From Magnetococcales bacterium (GTDB taxonomy: Bacteria > Pseudomonadota > Magnetococcia > Magnetococcales > JADFYX01), in assembly GCA_015231305.1 (NCBI GenBank), contig JADGBW010000005.1:1-63603 (forward strand): a stretch of 63,603 bases of DNA, read 5' to 3'. Every line of letters begins with the position of its first letter. The stretch's first letter is position 1. The translations under genes were made by a program, and so were the position numbers. Below are positions 37,026 to 47,127 of the stretch, in pieces. The notes beneath the pieces are model-generated. The model worked only from the letters and a program-made list of their open reading frames with translations. It was not told the origin of the DNA and searched no databases.

Positions 37026-38177
37026 ATGGAACGTGATCAAGCCATTAAATTTATGTTAGACGCTTTGGTAGGCATGAAATCCAAAGGTGGGTCTGATCTG
37101 TTTATTACAGCCAACTATCCCCCTGCTGCCAAGCTAGATGGAAAAATGACCCCTTTAACCAAACAGCCCTTAGCTCCATCTGATACCAGTATGTTGGTTA
37201 GGGCAATAATGAACGACCGACAGGTTAAAGAGTTTGACGCAACTCGCGAGTGTAACTTTGCCATAAACCCTAAGGGGGTAGGGCGGTTCAGGGTTAATGC
37301 CTTTGTGCAGCAAGGCCACTCTGGCATGGTGTTAAGAACTATCACCACTGATATTCCTGACTTTGATAAAATGAACCTGCCACCAATTTTAAAAGATGTG
37401 GTGCTTAGTAAAACTGGGTTGGTTTTAGTGGTTGGTGGTACAGGTTCAGGTAAATCTACCACACTAGCATCTATGTTAGGAGTGCGAAACCAACAGACAC
37501 ATGGTCATATAATAACCATTGAAGACCCTATTGAGTATGTCCATCCCCACATAAACTGCATGATTACCCAGCGAGAGGTTGGGGTAGATACAGAAGGGTG
37601 GGAAGAGGCTCTTAAAAACACTCTTCGCCAAGCCCCAGATGTTATTTTAATCGGTGAAGTCCGCGAGCAAGAGACTATGGAGCACGCCATTAACTTTGCC
37701 GAAACCGGACATTTAGCTTTATCTACCCTTCACGCAAACAGTGCAAACCAAACCTTAGACCGTATTATAAATATGTTTCCATCAGAAAAACGCCAGCAGT
37801 TATTGATGGACCTCTCCCTTAATTTACGGGCTATTGTTTCACAACGATTATTAAGAAAAAAAGGTGGGGGTAGGGTGGCAGCAGTAGAGATAATGTTAAA
37901 CTCACCGCTTATTGCCGACCTTATTTTTAAAGGTGATGTTTCTGGCATCAAAGCCATTATGGCAGCCTCTAACGAATTGGGTATGAAAACTTTCGATCAA
38001 GCACTGTTCGATCTTTATGAAGCAGACCAAATAACCTATGAAGATGCTCTGCGCTCGTCTGACTCTGCCAACGAACTTCGCCTTAAAATTAAGTTAGAAG
38101 GCAAAGCAGCTAAAGGTAAAAACCCTATGGATGGTCTTGATGGTTTGTCATTGGTTAAAAAAGAGGGGGAAGAATAG
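37026..38177 (+). CDS. pilU: Type IV pilus retraction ATPase, PilU-type
   Basis: GSDLFIT, RFRVNAF, GGTGSGKSTTL, TIEDPIEY, LRQAPDVILIGEVR, AETGHL; IADLI rather than the PilT AIRNLIRE motif. Confidence 0.85.
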   Translation: MERDQAIKFMLDALVGMKSKGGSDLFITANYPPAAKLDGKMTPLTKQPLAPSDTSMLVRAIMNDRQVKEFDATRECNFAINPKGVGRFRVNAFVQQGHSGMVLRTITTDIPDFDKMNLPPILKDVVLSKTGLVLVVGGTGSGKSTTLASMLGVRNQQTHGHIITIEDPIEYVHPHINCMITQREVGVDTEGWEEALKNTLRQAPDVILIGEVREQETMEHAINFAETGHLALSTLHANSANQTLDRIINMFPSEKRQQLLMDLSLNLRAIVSQRLLRKKGGGRVAAVEIMLNSPLIADLIFKGDVSGIKAIMAASNELGMKTFDQALFDLYEADQITYEDALRSSDSANELRLKIKLEGKAAKGKNPMDGLDGLSLVKKEGEE

Positions 38178-38183
38178 TCTATA

Positions 38184-39239
38184 ATGGATATATCTCCATA
38201 CCTTGATTTAATGATAGAAAAAGAGGGGTCTGATCTATATTTTACCACTGGTGCTACACCTAAAATGAAAGTAGATGGTAAAATGGCATCAGTGGGTAGT
38301 GCGACCCTAACTAAAGAACAGGCCAGTGCTGTGGTTTTGGGGGTTATGCAGCCTGAGCAGATAGAATTTTTTAAGTCTAACCTAGAGATTGATTTTGCCA
38401 TCTCCCATGGTGAAGCTGGTAGGTTTAGGGTTAATGCTTTTCATCAAAAAGGTAGCCCAGCAATGGTGCTACGTTATATACGCAGTGAAGTGCCAAATAT
38501 AACTGATTTAAAAGTACCAGAAATTTTAAAAGAGCTTATATTAAATAAGCGTGGTCTATTGTTAATGGTAGGTGGTACTGGTTCTGGTAAATCAACCACA
38601 CTTGCAGCTATGATAGACCATAGAAATAGCACAATGGGCGGTCATATTTTAACTATTGAAGACCCGGTAGAGTTTTTTCATCCACATAAAAAATCTCTTA
38701 TAAATCAACGGGAGCTAGGACCAGATACTCACTCTTATGCAAACGCTTTAAAAAGTAGCTTACGAGAAGCCCCCGATGTAATTTTAATTGGTGAAATACG
38801 TGATAAGGAGACAATGGAAGCAGCGTTGGAGCTGGCAGGAACGGGGCATTTATGTATCTCTACTTTACATGCAAATAATGCAGACCAAGCTTTAACACGA
38901 ATAATAAATATGTTTCCCCAAGAGACCCACAAACAACTTTTTATGGATCTCTCTCTTTATCTAAGGGCTATTTTATCTCAAAGGTTGGTTAAGAGTGTCG
39001 ATGGAAAAAGGCGGGCAGCAGTTGAGGTTATGATCAACACCCCCCATATTGCCGAACAAATTTTAAAAGGTGATATAGACATGGTCAAAGAGGCCATGGC
39101 AGATAGTAGCGAGAAAGGGGTGCAATCATTTGATACTGCTCTGCTAGCACTGTATAAAGAGGAGGCTATTTCAATGGAAGAGGCTCTTAATAGTGCTGAT
39201 TCTAGGGCAAATCTTGAGGCTAAGATCCACTTTGCTTAA
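38184..39239 (+). CDS. Second PilT/PilU-family ATPase (PilU-like)
   Basis: Same Walker, Asp and His boxes (GGTGSGKSTT, TIEDPVEF, LREAPDVILIGEIRD, STLHANNA). Confidence 0.88.
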   Translation: MDISPYLDLMIEKEGSDLYFTTGATPKMKVDGKMASVGSATLTKEQASAVVLGVMQPEQIEFFKSNLEIDFAISHGEAGRFRVNAFHQKGSPAMVLRYIRSEVPNITDLKVPEILKELILNKRGLLLMVGGTGSGKSTTLAAMIDHRNSTMGGHILTIEDPVEFFHPHKKSLINQRELGPDTHSYANALKSSLREAPDVILIGEIRDKETMEAALELAGTGHLCISTLHANNADQALTRIINMFPQETHKQLFMDLSLYLRAILSQRLVKSVDGKRRAAVEVMINTPHIAEQILKGDIDMVKEAMADSSEKGVQSFDTALLALYKEEAISMEEALNSADSRANLEAKIHFA

Positions 39240-39247
39240 GGTGATGT

Positions 39248-40561
39248 ATGGCTGAAATTTTGGTAGTTGATGATGATAGTCAAGCAATTGAGCAGACATG
39301 CCGTTTAATTTCTGACATAGGACATACTACAGATTTTTTAGTAGAATCTCGCTATTTATTGCCAAAATTAGAGTCCCATAAGGTTGATTTAGTTCTATTA
39401 GATGTAAATATGCCAGATGTTGATGGCTTAACACTTCTAAAAGAGCTAAAGGCCCACCCCACACTTAATAAAATTCCTGTTATTATGGTAACAGGCGAGA
39501 CAGGTGAGGGGTTGATATCCCAATGTTTTCAAATGGGTGCAGTAGACTTTGTCAATAAACCAATCCGCCCCTTAGAGCTACAATCACGCATTAGAATTGC
39601 CCTTGAGACCCAAGAATATATTCTCGATATCAATAAAAAAAATGATGACTTAGCCCAGGCAAAAGCTTTTTCTGAAACTATTTTCAATAGCATGGAAGAT
39701 GCCTTGGTTGTGTTAAACAGAGATGACCTATCTGTAGTTGATGCCAATATGGTGTTTATAGAAAAAGTAGGTAAACCAATTTCTGAAATAGTTGGTGCAC
39801 CATGTTATTTAACCGCTAGAGAGTTGTATCATCCTTGTTATCCTTGTCATGGTCACTCTAGTGCATGTGTTTTATCAGACACCTTACAAAGTGGTAGCAC
39901 CCACGATCATGAGTTTCATTATGAACACGAAGAGGGGGATAAACGTTATACAAAAATAATCACAATTCCCATTAAGCGACCCGGTAAAGAGGTTGATAAA
40001 ATTTTGCTTATCGCAAGAGATGTAACCAAAGCGCGACTTTTGCAAGATAGATTGCGACATCTGGCCTTTCACGATGTATTAACTGGCTTGCCAAACAGGC
40101 AGTTATTTTATGATCGTATTAATCAATCAATAGCTATGAGCAATCGCAAAAATAAAATGATGGCTGTTATGTTTTTTGACCTAGACCGTTTTAAAAAAGT
40201 GAATGACACCTTGGGTCACGATATTGGTGATCTGCTACTGATTGAAGTTGCAAACCGCCTGACCTCTTGTGTGCGGAAAAGTGACACCATAGCCCGTATG
40301 GGTGGTGATGAATTTACAGCTGTTTTAAACGAGGTAGATACAATTACCCAGGTGCAAAAACTTGCCAATAAAATGCTAAAAAGTTTAGGGGAAAAGTTTA
40401 ACCTAAAAGAGCACTCTCTTGTAGTAACCTCAAGTATAGGAATAGCCATGTACCCTCAAGATGGCAACAACATGGAGTTACTGACTAAACATGCTGATAA
40501 GGCCCTATATATAGCAAAAGGGGCAGGGCGTAATAATGCTAAGTTTTATTCGGGATTTTAA
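39248..40561 (+). CDS. Response regulator-PAS-GGDEF diguanylate cyclase
   Basis: ILVVDD, LLDVNMPDVDG, KP; Cys-rich PAS-like middle; HDVLTGLPNR, DLDRFK, ARMGGDEF. Confidence 0.92.
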   Translation: MAEILVVDDDSQAIEQTCRLISDIGHTTDFLVESRYLLPKLESHKVDLVLLDVNMPDVDGLTLLKELKAHPTLNKIPVIMVTGETGEGLISQCFQMGAVDFVNKPIRPLELQSRIRIALETQEYILDINKKNDDLAQAKAFSETIFNSMEDALVVLNRDDLSVVDANMVFIEKVGKPISEIVGAPCYLTARELYHPCYPCHGHSSACVLSDTLQSGSTHDHEFHYEHEEGDKRYTKIITIPIKRPGKEVDKILLIARDVTKARLLQDRLRHLAFHDVLTGLPNRQLFYDRINQSIAMSNRKNKMMAVMFFDLDRFKKVNDTLGHDIGDLLLIEVANRLTSCVRKSDTIARMGGDEFTAVLNEVDTITQVQKLANKMLKSLGEKFNLKEHSLVVTSSIGIAMYPQDGNNMELLTKHADKALYIAKGAGRNNAKFYSGF

Positions 40562-40578
40562 ACAATGTAATTATTAGG

Positions 40579-41289
40579 TTATATTTTTTTAGCAGCTATA
40601 ATTATATTCTTTCCTATTGGGGGGGATATCAACCCCTCCATAAAGCGAGTGATTGGTACACCAATAGTGTCATATAACCCCACCATCTTAGGGTTTAAAT
40701 TTGTGCTTTTACCCATGGTGTTAATTAACCACCATGGAGCAACCCCTAAAAAATCAAAGTAGCTTTTTTCCATAATATTTAAGCCAGATTCCTCAACAAT
40801 TTTTACAAGGTTTGGTAATGTATATCGGCGATAATGACCAAAATCTGCATCTAGTTTACTAAATAAAAATGGTAGCGCAGGAACAAACAGCAACAGTGTG
40901 CCTCCAACCTTTAAATTTTTTGCCAACCCCATAATAGCTTTTGCATCTTCTTCGATGTGTTCCAACACATTTATTAATACAATCGCATCTTGCAGAGTGG
41001 GTTTGGGTTTTTTTATAAAATCTTCCAACGTTGCTTGGCTAATTGTAACTCGGTTATTAAGGGAGAATCTTTCTAATAATTTAAGGTTTAAATTGGCAGA
41101 AGGTTCAACCAGACAGAGTGTCTCGACATTTGGTAAAAGCAGTTCTGAAAATGTACCTATACCAGCACCAATTTCGGTAACTTGGCCAGACAAATAAGGT
41201 CTAAAAGTATCCAGAATCCAATTATAATAATTAGGGGAATTCAAAAGTGCTGCAAACTCATCACCACTATATATTTTTTCTTTATCCAT
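40579..41289 (-). CDS. Class I SAM-dependent methyltransferase
   Basis: EIGAGIG, NVLEHIEED, FVPA, DADFGHYRRY. Confidence 0.85.
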   Translation of the reverse strand: MDKEKIYSGDEFAALLNSPNYYNWILDTFRPYLSGQVTEIGAGIGTFSELLLPNVETLCLVEPSANLNLKLLERFSLNNRVTISQATLEDFIKKPKPTLQDAIVLINVLEHIEEDAKAIMGLAKNLKVGGTLLLFVPALPFLFSKLDADFGHYRRYTLPNLVKIVEESGLNIMEKSYFDFLGVAPWWLINTMGKSTNLNPKMVGLYDTIGVPITRFMEGLISPPIGKNIIIAAKKI

Positions 41290-41332
41290 TATTAACTTTC
41301 AAGTGTGACCAATAAAAGTAGATCTCGTTGTT

Positions 41333-42052
41333 TCACGGTTTTCGGTAGGGAAAAAGATTATAACGAATTATACAATATAGAGCTTTTACACCATCCTTCC
41401 ATGTGATTTTTTTACCATCTTCATAGGTACGCCCGTAATAGCTAATACCAACTTCGAAAAACTTAGTACGTTTTGGAAGTCGGGCAATTTTTGCTGTTAT
41501 TTCGGGTTCAAAACCAAACCTGTTCTCTTCAATAATAATCTGTTGGATTATCTCTTTTTTAAACACTTTATAACATGTTTCCATGTCGGTGAGAGTTAAG
41601 TTTGTAAATATATTAGATAATAAAGTAAGAAATTTGTTACCAACACTATGCCAAAAATAGAGAACAATTGAGATATCACCACCACGAAAACGAGAACCAT
41701 AAACCACTTCTGCTCCATCATTTAATATAGGAGTAAGTAGTTTTTTATATTCATTAGGATCATATTCAAGATCAGCATCTTGAATTAATAAAATATCACC
41801 TTTTGCCTTTGAAAAACCAAGACGCAGGGCAGCACCTTTTCCGCAGTTTATATTTTGTTGATACAGACTAATTTCAGGGTTTTCTTCAGCAAGCCTTGTT
41901 GCTATTTCAACTGAAGAATCAATAGAGCAGTCATCGACTATTACCAATTCAAGTTCCAGACCAGACCTATCAGCTTCTAGAACTTTTTTAACAAGCTGTT
42001 CTAAGGTTTTTTCTTCATTAAAAACTGGAACTATTACTGAGAGTTTCTGCAT
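41333..42052 (-). CDS. Glycosyltransferase family 2 (DPM1/GtrB-like)
   Basis: LSVIVPVFNE, VDDCS.D, GKGAAL, QDADLEYDP, VYGSRF, TDMETCYK, FGFEPEIT. Confidence 0.92.
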   Translation of the reverse strand: MQKLSVIVPVFNEEKTLEQLVKKVLEADRSGLELELVIVDDCSIDSSVEIATRLAEENPEISLYQQNINCGKGAALRLGFSKAKGDILLIQDADLEYDPNEYKKLLTPILNDGAEVVYGSRFRGGDISIVLYFWHSVGNKFLTLLSNIFTNLTLTDMETCYKVFKKEIIQQIIIEENRFGFEPEITAKIARLPKRTKFFEVGISYYGRTYEDGKKITWKDGVKALYCIIRYNLFPYRKP

Positions 42053-42142
42053 TATCTCTCCTTTATAAAGGCAACTATTAAAGCCTCATATTATTTGCCC
42101 TAGAAATATATATGACCATTATGATTCTGGGTAATTTATAAT

Positions 42143-42305
42143 CCTAGATTCGGCAGCTGTCGCCACGCACCTGACGCAAGCAATTGACTCACCTGGCATA
42201 TTTGGGGAAAATCTTATCACCAACAAGGTGACCACGATTTCCTAAAATACACCAGATAAACCAATGTCTTACGCCATGCACGCACCACCAACTGCCAAAT
42301 CTAGG
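42143..42305. mobile_element. MITE-like palindromic element, family B (163 bp)
   Basis: Ends CCTAGATTCGGCAG / CTGCCAAATCTAGG (13/14 inverted); full-length imperfect hairpin; flanks ATAAT/CTAAT; GC-rich relative to its neighbours; second copy at 4071-4190. Confidence 0.78.
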
Positions 42306-42422
42306 CTAATTGGAAGTACTATGGGTGTTCTAAATTATCTAATGCACAATAGTTCAAAATAGTCCTTTTGCACAACTTTTAAACCAATTTATTAAGGTGC
42401 ATTTTTGGGGTGTTAAAATTTA

Positions 42423-44195
42423 TTATCTTATTAGTTTAAGGTCTAAGGTGACTTGCTCAGGGCTGTCAAATACAGCAGCATTTGCAATTTGCCTAAATAC
42501 TTCAAAACCTTTAACTCTTCCAGCCTTTTTTTTCTTTTTAGAATATTCATCAAATGGTGCAAAATATTTTGCATCTACTTCTTTTAGGTAAGGTTTGTAA
42601 ATTATAAGATAATCAACACCAAACTCGTCACGCAATTTTATTAGTGGAGCGATTGAATCGGCAAAATAAGCATCTATGAGAGCAAACATCCGCTTCCGCA
42701 TATTTAAAACATATATTTCATTAAAAGGAAGGTGTGTCTCTTTCCATATAAAAGCTTGCCTCTGGGTTAATATTGTTACACTTTCAATTCTACCTTTAGG
42801 CCAGTCAGCAATTACAGCATCTTTGGGTAGGGTTTTTAACTGGTCATAATATGTTTGGTATACGGAGAGGTTTTTATCATACCCATGTTGTTTACGGTGG
42901 GCTTTTCCACCTAAAAACAACAGACAAAAAATTGTAAGGGAAATAATAAAACCAGTTCGCATGGTCTCTTTATTGATAATAGAGAAATGCTTTTTGGCAA
43001 TATCGAAAATACCACTGGCAGCAACAGGCAGTAACAGTAGAAATAAGGGAGGTATGGCAGTTGTGTAGCGTTCAGGAAAGTATAAATGTGGCAGCAGTAT
43101 TTGCGATAATTGATAGCCAGAAATTGAAATAACAAAAAGAAGAGTTATTCTGCGTAAAGGGGACTCTTTTTTCTTGGAAATTCTTGAACCGACACCGATA
43201 AAAATCAACCCCCACAGGATAATCGTAATATAATCATCACGTACCATATCTCCATAATTATTACGAAAATGGTATGAAGCCAAATTGTGGAGTGTTGGTG
43301 ACCATGGTTCTCCTTTATAACTAACCCTTACAGCACTGCGACCTGTTGTAACTAACTGTCGCCATAGAGGGGGGAATTCAGATTGACACTGCCATTCAGA
43401 ACCTCCCCTGCCATAAATTTCAGGTACTGTATCACAATCAGCCTGAACCAATGACCTGCCAAACTCCTTTCCTGCTAAATTTGGTAATAATAGACCTATT
43501 GAGACCAAGCCAACAGCAAATACCATTGCACCACGTTTGAAGAAGCTCCAATTTTTCGCCTCACCGCGATCATCTTTTGGCAGAATAAAAAGTACCCCAA
43601 ATAGAGAAGCTCCACCCATCAACCCGACCATAGGATAAAACGCTGCCCCCAATATGGTTATAAACCCAAGGAACAACATACGACCAAATACCAAAGCACC
43701 TAATATAGCGGTCAATAATGGTAAACCAAAATTTCTTGGTATACCCCCTGCAGTAGCTATATAAAAATAACTAGCTGACAAAGCAATAGCCAAAACTGCG
43801 AAAGCCCCAGGCATACCTTCAAGTTTTTTGGCTGTAATGGTAAGTAGAAATAAAGAGATAAAATAGAGAGTAACAGAGATAACTTTGCTAAATACTATAG
43901 GGTCAATAAATGGTGTAGCAGCTCTATAAAGAGCTTTATATCCCATAGGTAGGATATAGTTCATGTACTGTAAGGTATAGTCATTTTCTAGCTCAGGGTT
44001 AATAGCAGAATAAAAAGGTGCAACCTGCATTCTAGCATCATTATTTACTACATTTGGGTTGGCGATATACTCCATCTTTGCGCTAAAATCTCCATAAAAT
44101 ATGAAGAATAGCGAAATAAAAAGTGCATACCAGATATATTGCGGTTTTTTGTGTTCTGTAAACGGCCGCACATCTGTATTTTTTGGAATGCTCAT
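42423..44195 (-). CDS. Polytopic membrane protein, probable GT-C-fold glycosyltransferase
   Basis: Roughly ten or more TM segments, acidic residue after TM1 (NNDARM), P.GY..LY, FPERY, C-terminal ..FGVDYLII soluble domain; upstream of a GT2. Confidence 0.6.
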   Translation of the reverse strand: MSIPKNTDVRPFTEHKKPQYIWYALFISLFFIFYGDFSAKMEYIANPNVVNNDARMQVAPFYSAINPELENDYTLQYMNYILPMGYKALYRAATPFIDPIVFSKVISVTLYFISLFLLTITAKKLEGMPGAFAVLAIALSASYFYIATAGGIPRNFGLPLLTAILGALVFGRMLFLGFITILGAAFYPMVGLMGGASLFGVLFILPKDDRGEAKNWSFFKRGAMVFAVGLVSIGLLLPNLAGKEFGRSLVQADCDTVPEIYGRGGSEWQCQSEFPPLWRQLVTTGRSAVRVSYKGEPWSPTLHNLASYHFRNNYGDMVRDDYITIILWGLIFIGVGSRISKKKESPLRRITLLFVISISGYQLSQILLPHLYFPERYTTAIPPLFLLLLPVAASGIFDIAKKHFSIINKETMRTGFIISLTIFCLLFLGGKAHRKQHGYDKNLSVYQTYYDQLKTLPKDAVIADWPKGRIESVTILTQRQAFIWKETHLPFNEIYVLNMRKRMFALIDAYFADSIAPLIKLRDEFGVDYLIIYKPYLKEVDAKYFAPFDEYSKKKKKAGRVKGFEVFRQIANAAVFDSPEQVTLDLKLIR

Positions 44196-44434
44196 GTAAA
44201 ACCTGCGTGTTTAAATTTTATTTATATATAAAAAATATTCGAAATTCGGTGTGGAGTGTTATGTTCAAATTTGATAAATAAATAAAATATCTGCTTTAAA
44301 ATTAACTTCCTAAGTGCATTATTATACACAAACAATCTGCCTTAAATAACTCAATAAGTCAACTCAACTAAGACAGGTGATATTATTGCAATAAAACTGT
44401 TACTAATTCACCTACGTCTTCATGGGACGCTTGT

Positions 44435-44761
44435 TTATTTTTCATCTGGCATTAGTAATTGATAAGATTTAAGACTGTTTGTTATTACTGCTAAGGTTTT
44501 TTCTTTGCTAGGGTGTGCAGCTGTTAACTTAGTTAAGGAGGGGCCAATGAGGGTTGGTAGGTCTGGGGTTGGGGTTTGAAAAAGTTTAAAGCTTATACGG
44601 TCTCTGGGGTTTTTTATAGCTTGGTAGGCCCACTCAATCTCTTTGGCTCGTGTAGGTGAAGTTGCCTTTGAGTGTATGCTTATAAGGCGTTCATAGGCGG
44701 CGTGTACCATATCGTCGTTAGCGTCTGGGGGTATGTTTAATAAGTGAAATGGGTTTTTCAT
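44435..44761 (-). CDS. Small J-domain-like protein lacking HPD
   Basis: MKNPFHLLNIPPDANDDMVHAAYERL..HS...EIEWAYQAIKNPRDR fits the J-domain helix pattern. Confidence 0.7.
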   Translation of the reverse strand: MKNPFHLLNIPPDANDDMVHAAYERLISIHSKATSPTRAKEIEWAYQAIKNPRDRISFKLFQTPTPDLPTLIGPSLTKLTAAHPSKEKTLAVITNSLKSYQLLMPDEK

Positions 44762-47127
44762 TCGAAAAGATCCATAGCAAGTTGGCGTACAGGAGGTGGG
44801 GCTTTTTTCTTGCGTTTTGCAGTTGGGCCATCTTCACGGTTTAGGGCTTTATCTACCAGATAAGCCAAAATAAATTCACCCCGGCTTGCATATTCGCTTT
44901 TGGCTAATTTTTCTAAAAGTAGACTGCGTAAGTCGTTTTCGCCGATTTTTTTTCTCATTGCGCTAAACTCAACATCAATTAATTTTTTTAGCTTTCGCAC
45001 TAGCTGCTTTTCCACCAGTTTTGGTATTTTTGCAGGAGAAAGAGCCGATAAACTCCTTCTGCTGCCTTTTGGTGATTGGCCCATGAGTTTATCAATACGG
45101 TGTGCAGTTTCACCGTCACCTCTACGTACAGCGGTTGGTAGTGCCTCCCTCAATGCAAAAAAATCCTCGTCAGAAATTCGGTAGGTTTCTCCACCATTTT
45201 TGGCATAAATATAATAAAAAAGAAAAGCAGGTTCATTCTTCCAGCGTTTGGAAGCTACCTTGGCAAATTTAGAAAGTATTGACATCTGCTCAATGTGGAA
45301 AAGATCAGAGCAGAGGGTGTTTAGCTCCTTAATACTAAAATCTTGTTTGGCTGCTTTTTTAAGTGAGTCACTCAGAATGGTGAATGCTTGTGAAAGTACT
45401 GGGTTTTTATTGGTAAAATTTTCTTTTCCCAGGGTAACTATCTTTTTAGTTACCTCTTTGTTAATCAAAGCATTACTATTTTTTTCAAGAATATTTCTAC
45501 ACTCTTCTAGCTGGCTATCATTAGGTTTAAAAATCTGACCTGCTTCAAGATAAAGTGAAAGTTGATAGTAGGTACTATCTCCAGCAAGTTTTTGTCCAGC
45601 TAAAAATGCAGTTGTTGACTCTTCAATGTTACCAGCTTGGGACTCTAACAATGACTGTAATAAACAGACTTCTGCTCCAAGGTATTTAAAAGTTTGTTTG
45701 TTATGAGACTCAAGGCTTTCTTGAGCTGTTTTAAGTTCACGGCGGGCCAAGTCTAAATTACCAGTTTTTATCTGGTTGCGTGCATGGTGAAGTTGCGAGT
45801 TTATCTGTTTTACTAAAAATTGGCTATTATGTGGGGCCAGTTGTTGGGCTTTTTTTGCTAGACCTGCTGCTTTTTTATACGACTTTTTATCCCTAGCAAG
45901 CTCACTAGCTAACATAAGTATCTCCGGGTTTTGCGGAAACCGTTTTATAGCTTGAGATACTAAAAGGTTTAGCCCAGCTTGGTCTTCATCTTGTTTTTGC
46001 CAATTAATAAGCCTGATTACTGTTTGGCTGTCGTCAGGGTCATGCTCTTGTGCCTCTTGTAGGTGCTCAATAATGTGGAGCCTTGATGGCCAAGGGGCGG
46101 ACTCTTCTAATGAGGCAAAATGGTTGTGTAGTTGTGCAATGGTTAGGGAGTTCTCGCTACTTGGTTCTTGCTCTTTAATTATTTTTAAGCACTGCTTCCA
46201 ATGGGTGTTGCTCCTAACCCTGTGTTTTTTTTGTTGATGGTGGAGAGCTAACAAGCGAGAGTTTTCAAATGGGGTTAAACTGCCTATCAGCTTTTCTACT
46301 TTACTGCGTTTTTCTAGGTTATCCACTAAAAGGTCAAGAAAAACATCTCGTATCCATGGTCCTTGTAGAGGTGGAGAGTATTCTAAGAGTGTCTTTAAAT
46401 ATTGCCCATTTTTTTTTGTGTTAGAAAGCTTGTTTAGGAGCTGTAACAGAGGCTTGGTAACTCCCATTATTTGGGCAATTAATTGCTGGTCTGCTTGCGG
46501 AACATGCATTAAGGCTCTTGCTAACGAGCTACCCGAAAGGGTGCGTATACCAGCAACTCTTGCAAGATTAGCAAACGGGGAGTTGCTAGGGATATTGCTA
46601 ATTGCAGTTAACATAGCTTCGTTGTTGCCTTGCTCGACAGCAAGACTTTTGATTATATTTGCAAACTGCCAGTATTGAGAGTCTTCTTTAATAATTTGCA
46701 GTTGAATTTCTAGTTGTTTATGTTCACCTTTACTCAAAGCCTCAAGGCAAGCTTTTGCATGTTTAAGCTCTTTGCGTAGCGGGTGCTCTTTGGGAATGCT
46801 CTCTTTTACTTTAACGGTGTTAATTAAAAGATGTGCAGCTAATAGTGATAGTAGGTTATCTGAAAGTTGCGGGTGGTTTTTTTGGATTTCAGCTTGTTGG
46901 CTAAAAAAAAGTTTGGCTCCACGGGCAATTTGCTGACTATTTATAAGGCAAACTAAAAAAGGGGCTGGGTCTAAGGGAGTAGGTGAAAGCCTTGCTGCGT
47001 GCTCCCATAAAACCGCTGCTTCTTTAAAAAGACCAGTAGCCGCTAACTCTCTACTGCGTTGCAGATGAGCAGCAGATTGTTTTTTATCATGGGGCCGGCC
47101 TGAATTCTGTTTTTTAGGTCCAGTCAT
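44758..47127 (-). CDS. Large TPR-like helical repeat protein
   Basis: 789 aa with TPR-like segments (AQEHDPDD, AIKRFPQN, YKKAAGLAKKAQQLAPHN); ATGA overlap with the J-domain gene. Confidence 0.7.
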   Translation of the reverse strand: MTGPKKQNSGRPHDKKQSAAHLQRSRELAATGLFKEAAVLWEHAARLSPTPLDPAPFLVCLINSQQIARGAKLFFSQQAEIQKNHPQLSDNLLSLLAAHLLINTVKVKESIPKEHPLRKELKHAKACLEALSKGEHKQLEIQLQIIKEDSQYWQFANIIKSLAVEQGNNEAMLTAISNIPSNSPFANLARVAGIRTLSGSSLARALMHVPQADQQLIAQIMGVTKPLLQLLNKLSNTKKNGQYLKTLLEYSPPLQGPWIRDVFLDLLVDNLEKRSKVEKLIGSLTPFENSRLLALHHQQKKHRVRSNTHWKQCLKIIKEQEPSSENSLTIAQLHNHFASLEESAPWPSRLHIIEHLQEAQEHDPDDSQTVIRLINWQKQDEDQAGLNLLVSQAIKRFPQNPEILMLASELARDKKSYKKAAGLAKKAQQLAPHNSQFLVKQINSQLHHARNQIKTGNLDLARRELKTAQESLESHNKQTFKYLGAEVCLLQSLLESQAGNIEESTTAFLAGQKLAGDSTYYQLSLYLEAGQIFKPNDSQLEECRNILEKNSNALINKEVTKKIVTLGKENFTNKNPVLSQAFTILSDSLKKAAKQDFSIKELNTLCSDLFHIEQMSILSKFAKVASKRWKNEPAFLFYYIYAKNGGETYRISDEDFFALREALPTAVRRGDGETAHRIDKLMGQSPKGSRRSLSALSPAKIPKLVEKQLVRKLKKLIDVEFSAMRKKIGENDLRSLLLEKLAKSEYASRGEFILAYLVDKALNREDGPTAKRKKKAPPPVRQLAMDLFE

